This document shows, piece after piece, positions 56,011 through 64,000 of a stretch of 64,000 nt of DNA. Each line of letters starts with the position of its first letter. Within the stretch, counting starts at the first letter, position 1. Both the position numbers and the translations under genes were made by a program. Under the pieces are notes generated by a model. It did not search any database and was not told the DNA's origin. It saw nothing but the letters and a program-made list of their open reading frames with translations. Source of the stretch: Planctomycetota bacterium (lineage in GTDB: Bacteria > Planctomycetota > GCA-002687715 > CAIWVZ01); contig JBGANV010000008.1 in assembly GCA_044222185.1 (NCBI GenBank), positions 192,001 through 256,000 on the forward strand, given 5' to 3'.

Positions 56011-57516
56011 ATGCCCGTTCGAAAGCTCCCGTCCGCACCCAGCCTCGAGCACCTCAAGAACCAGGCAAAGGATCTGCAGCGCCGAGTGGAGGCCGCCGAT
56101 CCAGACGCCCTTGCCGACGCGCGAGAGTTCGACCCGCGGTTCGCTTCCGCGACCGCCACCACGACCTTCACCCGCACGCGGGCACAGCTCGTCGTCGCGC
56201 GCCGCTTCGGCTTTGCGAGCTGGAACGCGCTGCGGCGCCACGTGGAGTTCGTCAGGGAGAACACCCGCACCCCGCACGTCGAGCCGCAAACGCCTGACCG
56301 GGATCCAGCGGATCGATTCCTTCGCCTCGCATGCCTGCGTTACGGCGGCGATCGACCCGAACGCAGGAACGAGGCGAGGCTCATGTTGGATCGCACGCCG
56401 TCGCTCGCGGCCGCATCGATCCACGCGAGTGCGGCGGCGGGGGACGTCGCAGCCTCGCGCGCGATCCTCGGCGCCGACCCGTCGCTGGCGAATCGACAGG
56501 GCGGCCCTTTCGGTTGGCCCCCGATTCTCTACCTGGCGTACTCGCGCCTGCCGTCCGAGGACGGCGGCCGATCGACGCTCGATGTGGCGCGACTCCTGCT
56601 GGATCACGGTGCGGATCCAAACGCGGGGTTCCTCTGGGACGGGCTCCCTTCGCCTTTCACCGCGCTTGCCGGTGTCTTGGGCGGCGGCGAACGGGATGAA
56701 CCACCCCATCCGCAGGCGCAGGCCCTCGCCCGAATGCTGCTCTCGGCGGGCGCGGACCCGAACGACGGCCAGGCTCTCTACAATCGCCAGTTCGGCGCGG
56801 CGAACGATCATCTCGAGCTGCTGTTCGAATTCGGGCTGGGCGGCAAGCCCAAGGGACGCTGGCACGCCCAGCTCGGACCGGCGCTCGCGTCGCCGCAGCA
56901 GATGCTCGAGGATCAGATGCTCTGGGCCGCGTCACGAAACATGCCGGCAAGGGTGGGACTTCTCCTGCGGCAGGGTGTGAGTCCTGACGGCCTCGGAACG
57001 AGCCACCCGGTGCATCACGGGCGCACCGCGCGGCAACTCGCCGTGCTCAACGGCCACACGCAGATCGCCGTGATGTTCGCCGAGGCAAGGCCCGCGGCAC
57101 CCATGGATCCGCTGATCGTTTTCACGGGCGCGTGCATGCAGGCCGATGCGACGCAGGTCGACGCCCTGCTGCACGACGATCCGACGCTGCTGGATCGTCT
57201 CCGGTCCGTCGCGCCTCACCTCGTGATCCGCGCGGCGGAGGCCGGACGGCCCGCCGTGGTCCGCTTCCTCGTGGGTCTGGGATTCGACGTGAATGCGTTC
57301 GTCGGGCAGACGGCGCTGCACGCCGCGGCTGGTTCGGGTCATCTCGAGACCGTTCGAACGCTGGTCGAGCTCGGGGGCGATCCCAACCGCCGTGACGTGC
57401 GCTTCCACGCGACGCCGCTGGGATGGGCGCAGCACCTCGGTCGCGCCGACGTCGCCGCGTGGCTCGCCGGCCGGACGAAGGACGACCTCGATCCCAACCG
57501 CGGAACGCCCGACTGA
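56011..57516 (+). CDS. Ankyrin repeat protein with an N-terminal LPxxPSLEHLKxQAKxL domain
   Basis: LLLDHGADPN, LLSAGADPND, TALHAAA..GHLETVRTLVELGGDPN, TPLGWA, AGGAG RBS. Confidence 0.92.
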   Translation: MPVRKLPSAPSLEHLKNQAKDLQRRVEAADPDALADAREFDPRFASATATTTFTRTRAQLVVARRFGFASWNALRRHVEFVRENTRTPHVEPQTPDRDPADRFLRLACLRYGGDRPERRNEARLMLDRTPSLAAASIHASAAAGDVAASRAILGADPSLANRQGGPFGWPPILYLAYSRLPSEDGGRSTLDVARLLLDHGADPNAGFLWDGLPSPFTALAGVLGGGERDEPPHPQAQALARMLLSAGADPNDGQALYNRQFGAANDHLELLFEFGLGGKPKGRWHAQLGPALASPQQMLEDQMLWAASRNMPARVGLLLRQGVSPDGLGTSHPVHHGRTARQLAVLNGHTQIAVMFAEARPAAPMDPLIVFTGACMQADATQVDALLHDDPTLLDRLRSVAPHLVIRAAEAGRPAVVRFLVGLGFDVNAFVGQTALHAAAGSGHLETVRTLVELGGDPNRRDVRFHATPLGWAQHLGRADVAAWLAGRTKDDLDPNRGTPD

Positions 57517-57518
57517 AA

Positions 57519-57989
57519 TCAGCCGCCCGATGACGCGCCCTGTTGGCGGCGCCACGTGAGCGCCACGAGCCAGAACGCGAAGAGCTGGATCAGCTCCGGC
57601 ACCTCGGGCGCGCAGTCGACCATCGCGCGCCGGGTGAACGCGTGCGCAGGTCGGATCACCCCGAGCTGCCGCCCGTTCGAGTGGAGCCGGTAGGAGCGCG
57701 TGAACGCGCTCTCGGCATCGAGGTCCAACGCGATCCCGGACGCCTGGATCTCGAACTTCCGGTAGAACGCGCTCGGCTTCACGGCCTCCGCATAGCGCTC
57801 GCCATTCCGTTCGACGGCCCACCGCGCGGTGAACAGGCCCGCCTTGCGCACGTCGAACTCGGCCCCGGCGCAACTGAGGCTCCCCTGCTCGCTGACCCAT
57901 CGATACCGGAGATAAGCGGGACCGGACGTGGCGCCATCCGCGCGGAAGTCCCAACTGCAGACGGATACCGGGATCAAGGTCAGAGTCAT
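57519..57989 (-). CDS. Hypothetical beta-rich protein (tubby/LURP-like fold possible)
   Basis: ATGA-coupled to the upstream gene. Repeated beta segments followed by a hydrophobic C-terminal helix. Confidence 0.65.
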   Translation of the reverse strand: MTLTLIPVSVCSWDFRADGATSGPAYLRYRWVSEQGSLSCAGAEFDVRKAGLFTARWAVERNGERYAEAVKPSAFYRKFEIQASGIALDLDAESAFTRSYRLHSNGRQLGVIRPAHAFTRRAMVDCAPEVPELIQLFAFWLVALTWRRQQGASSGG

Positions 57990-58771
57990 GATCTTCGGGA
58001 CGAGCGCAAGAGGTGGAGCTTGTTTCCCTGCCGTGTGTCGAGCGGACGCTTCAAACCGGTCGCGAACATCTCCATCGAGCGCGGAAGCTCGGGAACACGC
58101 AGGCCCGCGGAGGCCAGGTAGGTTGCCGTCATGTTGTTGCAGTTGCAGCGCGCGACACCGATCGAGAGGTCGATGGTCCCACTTCCGAAGAGCGCGCGCT
58201 CCGCGCCTCCGGCGTCCATGATCTCATTCCAGAAGTCGAAGGCGGCAGCAATCGCTTCGGCGGCCGAGAGCGCGTCGTCCGCCGGTACCGGCAGGTAGGC
58301 AAACGGAGGATCGGGCGCGGCGGCATCCATGAGATTCACCATGCGGGCCCAGGTGCGGAACGCGGTTGCGGGCTCCATCGGTCTGCCGTCGGATGTGACG
58401 AAGGCGCCGAAGCGGCTCACGGCCCCATCGGCCGGACGAAACGCGTCGAGGGAAATCCAAGCGAGCCCGTTCCCGAACGTGATCGCGACGGACGTGTGGA
58501 CGGCGATCTTGCCGAACATCTGGTACGTCGCCGCGCGCCCCGTCTCGTCGAGTCCGCCGAACAGCCGATCCCAGTCGCTCTTCTTGAAGACGAGTTGCGT
58601 CGCGCCGACGTAGATCGTCGACGGCGGCCCGAACTGCTTCGTGAGGTCGCGTACGGCATCCGCTGCCGTGCGTGGAGGAACGGCGGCGACCGGCCGCTCG
58701 GGAACCAAGTCCCCGCCGGCCCCGAAACAGGCGAGCAGGAGAACGCAGATCGAGCCGGTCGCGTATGCCAT
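57986..58771 (-). CDS. Hypothetical (lipo)protein, possible permuted papain-like peptidase
   Basis: LLAC lipobox-like signal; HTSVAI precedes CNCNNMT..YL. Confidence 0.6.
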   Translation of the reverse strand: MAYATGSICVLLLACFGAGGDLVPERPVAAVPPRTAADAVRDLTKQFGPPSTIYVGATQLVFKKSDWDRLFGGLDETGRAATYQMFGKIAVHTSVAITFGNGLAWISLDAFRPADGAVSRFGAFVTSDGRPMEPATAFRTWARMVNLMDAAAPDPPFAYLPVPADDALSAAEAIAAAFDFWNEIMDAGGAERALFGSGTIDLSIGVARCNCNNMTATYLASAGLRVPELPRSMEMFATGLKRPLDTRQGNKLHLLRSSRRS

Positions 58772-58824
58772 CGATGCCTCGTGAACGGGGGTGATCATAC
58801 GCGCAACCGGAGATCCCGCCCGGT

Positions 58825-59769
58825 TCAACCGGCCTGTTTGAAGAGATCGAGGAAGCGATCCTCGTACGTGCGGAACAGGTCGTGGCGATCGAGCTCGGCC
58901 TTCAGCTCCAGTGCCTTCGCGCGGTCCGTTCTGGCCGCTTCGAACAGGACCTCGATTCGATCGAGGACTGCCTTCGGAACGCGCGGGCGCGTTGCCGTCT
59001 TGTCCGCGGGCCGCACCACCTGCTGCTCGGCCGTCTCGGGCGCAGGTCGCGTCGCCGCGTCGCTCGCCGTCTCGAGACTCTCGAGATGACTCACGAGCTG
59101 CCCCTCGATCCGCGAGGCGTCGCCGCGCAGGCTCTCCAAGTCGATCGGAGTCCCGAGCATCCGACCGAAGACCTCCAGCACGGCGGCCGATGCCTTCGGG
59201 TTCGGGAGCTGCGCTGCGAAGAACGGGAACTCGCCCAAGAGGCAGCATCCCGGAAGTCCACGGGCCGCGGCGGCGGCGATCAGGAAACCGTTCAGCCCAT
59301 TGATCTCCCCATCCTCCAGCGGCGTCACGCCATGCTGGCGCAACTCGTCGAGCAACGCGGGCTGCGTCGCGATCCCAAAGACGTGTGGCTGCGCCGTCGG
59401 ATGCGTGGGGGTCGCCATGGCGGCGAACGTGACGACGCGTTCGATCCCGAAGCGGGCGGCCATTTCGAGGAGCGCGGCCGCGTATTGCGACGTCGCCGTC
59501 GCGGGCTGGCGATCCGCGACGAAGATCACCAGATCGTGGCCGCCAGCGGGGTTGCGCCAGCCGAAAAGCGGTGTGCTCGGCGGCGGTGCGGCCTGAACGA
59601 GGCCGTCGCGAACGAGCACGGATTGGGGCTCGACGAACGGTGACGCGTCAAAGACCCCGAGTGGCGTCGCGCCGAGTTGATTCACGAGGACCGCACCGGC
59701 GATGTGGGCCACGCCCCCCATCCCGGGCCAGGTGGCCACGAGCCACGGTGACTTCAGCTCATTTCCCAT
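58825..59769 (-). CDS. PAC2 (proteasome assembly chaperone-like) family protein
   Basis: PWLVATWPGMGGV, QP, TFAAMAT, G.I.GLNG, CLLGE.P....PNPKAS, YEDRFLDLF. Confidence 0.88.
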   Translation of the reverse strand: MGNELKSPWLVATWPGMGGVAHIAGAVLVNQLGATPLGVFDASPFVEPQSVLVRDGLVQAAPPPSTPLFGWRNPAGGHDLVIFVADRQPATATSQYAAALLEMAARFGIERVVTFAAMATPTHPTAQPHVFGIATQPALLDELRQHGVTPLEDGEINGLNGFLIAAAAARGLPGCCLLGEFPFFAAQLPNPKASAAVLEVFGRMLGTPIDLESLRGDASRIEGQLVSHLESLETASDAATRPAPETAEQQVVRPADKTATRPRVPKAVLDRIEVLFEAARTDRAKALELKAELDRHDLFRTYEDRFLDLFKQAG

Positions 59770-60087
59770 TTGCAACTTCCATCATCGCCCGGATGTCGCT
59801 GGCGAGCACCCTGGCGACCACGTCCCACGCACCCATTTCGACGACGAATCGCAGTCAGTCGCCGGAAGCAGCCTCACTCATGATTCATCTACGTGGCACG
59901 GACGCTGGACGTCGATTCCGGAGCGGGATCGCGGGGAGGCCCGGTCCACCAATCAGCCAGTGCCGGCTGCAACGCAGGCTCACCCGCATTCCAAACCAAC
60001 ACGCGGGCGCCGGCTCGTGTATGCTCCGCCCCCGACGGCGCGCAGGCGGCGGCGATCCGTCGAGGCGAATAGGACGATGGTTCACCG

Positions 60088-61332
60088 ATGACCCCGAACA
60101 GGTGCGATTCTCTTTCCCTCGTCCGGCTGGTGCTCGACAAGGCCCAAATCGGCGGAGCAATCCTCGACGTCGAGGCTCTCGACCGCGCGCTCGCCGGCCG
60201 CAACGACGGACTGCAGATCCATCACATCTACCTGACCATCGACGGCCGAGACGAACCCGTCGAGAGGATCGGGCGAAGCCGGATCATCCGCCACCCAATC
60301 CCCTACCGCGAAGACCGACTGATGGCCGACGGCCCCGTCCTCATCGCCACGTTGCGTCGCACGTTCCTCGACGTGGTCCAGGACCACCGGCCGTCGCTGT
60401 TCGTGAACCACGTCCCCGAGCTTCCGAGCGGCGTCTTCTTGAGCCAGCTCGCGAAGAGCCTCTCCATGCCCGTCGTGGCGCTCTACCATGGCGGCAGTCG
60501 CCCCGCGGTGATGTTGGATCAGGAACACGTCCGGTCCGCGGACGTCGCCATCGCCAACGTCCGCGCCACGGCTGGTCTCGCCGACGTCATGGCCGCGGTG
60601 TCCGATTCGGCCGCTGCCCTGCTACCGATGAAGCGCGTGCTGAACGTCTGGACTGGCGCCGATGCCGCGTTCTTCGATCCGGCACGGGTGCTCGGCGCCG
60701 CGTCGGTCGACGCGCGACCGCGGGTCCCGACGTTCCTCCTCGCGGCGCGGATCGTTCCCGAGAAGGGCCACAAGCTCCTGCTCGACGCGTCGCAGATCCT
60801 CTTCGAGCGGCGCGTCGACCACCGGATCCTCTTCGTCGGATCGGGCCGGACTCCCGTCTGCGCCGCGTTCGAGCGGTACCTCGTCGACAACGGCTTCCGC
60901 GAGCTCGCCCGGGTCGTCTACGACGCCACGCAGGAACAGATGGTTGGGCTCTACGCCGCGTGTGACGTTGCGGTCTTGCCGGGGTACCACCTGGAAGGCT
61001 GCCCGCGATGTCTCATCGAGGCCGCCCTCATGGAACGACCGGTGATCGCGACGGATTCAGGCGGGACGCGCGAAGCGTTCATTCCCGGAACGACCGGTTT
61101 GCTGGTTCCTCCGGGCGATGCCGTGGCCCTCGCCGACGCCATGCATGCGCTCGCGACCGACCCGGAACGCCGGGCAGCCATGGGACGCGCAGGACGGCAG
61201 TTTGCGGCGGCCCGGTTCGATCTCGATGCGCTCGCCGCGCGCCACGAGGCGATCTACGCTCAGTTCCAGCGCCATTCGCCGGCGACGTCACCGAAACACC
61301 AGGACGAGGAACAGCACGCCCATGCCGGCTGA
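60088..61332 (+). CDS. Glycosyltransferase family 4
   Basis: ARIVPEKG, EGCPRCLIEA, PVIATDSGG..E, TGLLVPPGD..ALA. Confidence 0.9.
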   Translation: MTPNRCDSLSLVRLVLDKAQIGGAILDVEALDRALAGRNDGLQIHHIYLTIDGRDEPVERIGRSRIIRHPIPYREDRLMADGPVLIATLRRTFLDVVQDHRPSLFVNHVPELPSGVFLSQLAKSLSMPVVALYHGGSRPAVMLDQEHVRSADVAIANVRATAGLADVMAAVSDSAAALLPMKRVLNVWTGADAAFFDPARVLGAASVDARPRVPTFLLAARIVPEKGHKLLLDASQILFERRVDHRILFVGSGRTPVCAAFERYLVDNGFRELARVVYDATQEQMVGLYAACDVAVLPGYHLEGCPRCLIEAALMERPVIATDSGGTREAFIPGTTGLLVPPGDAVALADAMHALATDPERRAAMGRAGRQFAAARFDLDALAARHEAIYAQFQRHSPATSPKHQDEEQHAHAG

Positions 61333-63220
61333 CCGGTTCGAGTCCACGACGCCTGATGCCGAGATCGAGCGCCTCCGGATCGCGCTCGGTCAAGCTGACC
61401 TTGAGCTCGCGCTGCGCTCCGCGCGCATCGATGGTCTCGAGCGTCTTGTCGCACAAGGCGAGCAGGTCGGGAACGACGCTGTCTCGCGGATCGTCACACT
61501 CCTCCGCGAGCTCGGATTCGACGCACCATCGGAGATCCCAGGATGGCAGTTGCCCGACCTCGTCACGCAACTCAGCAACCACCTCGTCGCGGCGCGCAAC
61601 CAGTTCGGCGAGCTGGTGAAGGAAGTGCACCGGCTGGCAGGGTCGACCCACTCGCTCGAGACCGAGCGCGATGACCTGCTGGAGCGCGTCCGGCAACTGA
61701 ACGCCGACGCGGCGCGTGTACGCGGCTCGGCGGCGGGGCCGACCGACCCCGAGCTGTCGGCGCGGCGCCCCCTGCGAATTCTGATGGTCGTGCACGACTT
61801 CCTGCCGCGTCACGCGGCGGGTGCGGAGATCTGCGCGTGGCGCCTCGCGAAGGCGCTCCGCGAACATCATCGCGTCCACCTGCTCTTCACGGAGGCCCAC
61901 CCCGGCGTTCACTCCTATCGACTCCGCGAGGGTGAGTACGACGGCCTGCCGTTCACCGAGATCTCGCACCAACACGTCGCGCGGTCGCTCGAGCAGTCGT
62001 ATTCGGACGAACGGATCGACGCGTTGTTTCGCCAGACCCTCGGGAAGGTGCAGCCCGATGTGGTGCACATCCAGCACCTCCATCATCTGTCGCTGGGCGT
62101 CGTCCCCGTGGCGAAGCAGGCGGGCATCCCCATCGTCTACACGCTTCACGACTACGCGCTGGTGTGTCCCAACGGTGGACGCATGCTGCGCGCAAACCAC
62201 GAGCGCTGCACGGCGCCCGATCCCGTGACCTGTGCCGGATGCATCGAGGGCATCGAGTTGCGCGAGGTGACGAGCGACGACAGCCCCATCGAGCGAACGC
62301 TGCGCCGGCTGCTGCCGGACGGCGTGCGCGAGCTGATCGAGGGGTTCGCGCCGCGCGCGGCCACGCCGTCGAAGCCCCAGATCACGATCGCGGATCGCGA
62401 GGATGCGATCCGCCGGCGCCTCGAAGTCGTCCGCGCCGCGGCCGCTGACGTGGACCGGTTCCTCGCAACGAGCCGGTTCGTCCAGGACACGCTCGTCAAC
62501 AGCGGGATCGTCTCCGGGGATCGCATCGCGGTCTCGGAGAATGGCCAGGACCCCTCGTCGTTCCGCGGGTTCATCCGTCGCGCGTCGAGCGACCTCCGCG
62601 TCGGTTACATCGGGACGCTCGTCCCTCACAAGGGAGTTCACGTCCTCGTCGAGGCGCTGAACGAACTCGCGGACCTCTCCGACCTGACGGGTGCGATCCA
62701 TGGTGGGCTCGACGTCGATCCGACGTATGCACGGCGCCTCGTCGAGGCGAACCGGAACTCGCGCGTCGCGTTCGGAGGCCGATACGATCCGCATCAGGTC
62801 CGCGACGTGCTCGCGAACCTGGACGTCATCGTCGTTCCGAGCCTGTGGTGGGAGTGCGCGCCGCTCACGATCCAGGAGGCTTTCCTCGGGGGCGTCGTCC
62901 CCATCGTCTCAGGCATCGGAGGCATGGCGGAGTTCGTGAAAGACGAGGTGGACGGCCTCCACGTCCCACCGGGCGACGCGAAGGCGATCGCACGGCAGAT
63001 CCGTCGGCTTCATGCGGATCGCGCGCTCCTGACCCGTCTCGCCGCAGCGCGCCCGCTGGTGCGGTCGATCCAGGATGCAGCCGCCGACGTCGAGGCCGTC
63101 TATCGCACGGTGATCGCGGCGCGGGCGCGGCCGCTCGCATCGACGCCGCTCGCGGACCCCGCCGGCCCGCGCGTACGCACCTCGCCTCAAGAGCCTCGAC
63201 GAATGCGGAGGAAGTCATGA
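61322..63220 (+). CDS. Glycosyltransferase family 4 with an N-terminal coiled coil
   Basis: Overlaps the upstream stop. Coiled-coil N-terminus, TLHDY..CP, GTLVPHKG, PSLWWECAPLTIQEA, SGIGGMAE. Confidence 0.9.
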   Translation: MPADRFESTTPDAEIERLRIALGQADLELALRSARIDGLERLVAQGEQVGNDAVSRIVTLLRELGFDAPSEIPGWQLPDLVTQLSNHLVAARNQFGELVKEVHRLAGSTHSLETERDDLLERVRQLNADAARVRGSAAGPTDPELSARRPLRILMVVHDFLPRHAAGAEICAWRLAKALREHHRVHLLFTEAHPGVHSYRLREGEYDGLPFTEISHQHVARSLEQSYSDERIDALFRQTLGKVQPDVVHIQHLHHLSLGVVPVAKQAGIPIVYTLHDYALVCPNGGRMLRANHERCTAPDPVTCAGCIEGIELREVTSDDSPIERTLRRLLPDGVRELIEGFAPRAATPSKPQITIADREDAIRRRLEVVRAAAADVDRFLATSRFVQDTLVNSGIVSGDRIAVSENGQDPSSFRGFIRRASSDLRVGYIGTLVPHKGVHVLVEALNELADLSDLTGAIHGGLDVDPTYARRLVEANRNSRVAFGGRYDPHQVRDVLANLDVIVVPSLWWECAPLTIQEAFLGGVVPIVSGIGGMAEFVKDEVDGLHVPPGDAKAIARQIRRLHADRALLTRLAAARPLVRSIQDAAADVEAVYRTVIAARARPLASTPLADPAGPRVRTSPQEPRRMRRKS

Positions 63221-63356
63221 CCATGGACGGATCGCTCGGGCTCGACGCGTTCGTGATGGTGGGTGCGGAGACTCGCGCCGACGCAGTCGATCTCGCGACG
63301 AGCGGGCCCTCTGAGCGTGGCGTTCGGGCGTAACGACGATCCAGTGCGCGAGTCGT

Positions 63357-63986
63357 TCAGGATCCGGCCCATGGCGGGTCGAGGGCAGGCTGGAGCCTGC
63401 CCATCCGGCCAGGCAGAAGCCTGGCGCTCCGCGCTCCGTTGATGGGCCCGGCCGTCACTCCGAATCCGACCACGATCCATGATGCCGCCTCGCCGCGCTC
63501 GAGTCCGTTGGTGGACGGCGGGAGACATAGCGCTTTCGCCAACGCCGCGATGGCGTCGTCCGTGAACCCGATCAGAGGAAGCGTCGTCGGTCGCCCGAAG
63601 ATGCGGAGCATGCAAAGGTCGCCGTCCCTTCGCAGGAACCGGACTTGCGACCACGGAGTCACGGATGACGCGCCCAACGCCTGAAGCGTCAGCGCCTCCG
63701 GCGTGAGCTGGATCACGGAGTGACGATCGGGGTCCGGCCCCCAGGACTCGAGCGTGCGACGCCAGGCCCCGAGCCCGTTCGAGATCAGGAGTGCAAGAAA
63801 GCTCAACACCACTCCGAAGAGGAAGCCGAAGAACGCCGAGCCGCGGTCAACGGAACTCGTCGCGATCGGCGTGGCGATCAGCAGGCACCCCAGCACGATC
63901 GCCGCCGGGCCGGCCGAGGCCCACCACACCTGCCATGCCATCCGCTTCGCCTGCCCCATCGTGATGCGCTGCTCGATCCGGATCAT
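63357..63986 (-). CDS. YcxB-like membrane protein (may begin outside the window)
   Basis: Two TM helices followed by a PH-like segment (LTPEAL...S..PWSQV...LP). Confidence 0.6.
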   Translation of the reverse strand: MIRIEQRITMGQAKRMAWQVWWASAGPAAIVLGCLLIATPIATSSVDRGSAFFGFLFGVVLSFLALLISNGLGAWRRTLESWGPDPDRHSVIQLTPEALTLQALGASSVTPWSQVRFLRRDGDLCMLRIFGRPTTLPLIGFTDDAIAALAKALCLPPSTNGLERGEAASWIVVGFGVTAGPINGARSARLLPGRMGRLQPALDPPWAGS

Positions 63987-64000
63987 CGCGAGACCACTCC

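Noticed and set aside
59759-59881. Short minus-strand frame with an internal TGA (MSEAASGD*LRFVVEMG...) upstream of PAC2 as a second selenoprotein
   Set aside because: No redox motif context, no recognisable family and no convincing downstream hairpin.
1-64000. Many long antisense or alternate-frame ORFs (e.g. 2744..4696, 11720..13915, 18325..20418, 25612..27999, 33110..35956)
   Set aside because: Arg/Pro/Gly-rich shadows of real genes, expected in high-GC DNA, with no recognisable motifs.

Overview
High-GC bacterial DNA whose gene content points to an uncultured Planctomycetota lineage (inference from the many ECF sigma factors, Ser/Thr kinase-FGE fusions, FG-GAP proteins, PAC2 gene and MoxR-DUF58-transglutaminase operon). 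It holds about 35 genes. I saw no rRNA, tRNA or CRISPR array. Main observations: (1) Eight unrelated secreted proteins end in the same ~100-130 aa Pro/Gly-rich beta domain (..P-x-L-x-G-x-x-h-x-h-Q-A-h-h..[ST]-[ND]-[AG]-h-x-h-x-h-COOH). Two more carry it internally, and one gene remnant retains it. It is a candidate undescribed surface-sorting or anchoring signal. (2) A TlpA-like redoxin is split by the ORF caller at an in-frame UGA (W-U-G-P-C) followed by a SECIS-like hairpin, so it is a probable exported selenoprotein. It lies between two pentaheme cytochromes and a membrane-tethered ECF sigma factor. (3) An ECF / zinc anti-sigma / signal-peptide-bearing CHAT protease module has mirror-image ECF promoters that also point at a divergent secreted protein. 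(4) Two paralogous tail-to-tail kinase-FGE/ECF cassettes. (5) A vanadium haloperoxidase is cut off at a C14 tract. (6) An IS1595 remnant abuts a beheaded gene. (7) An RBS-occluding leader structure precedes an ankyrin gene. All family calls come from motif recognition by eye; no database searches were run.
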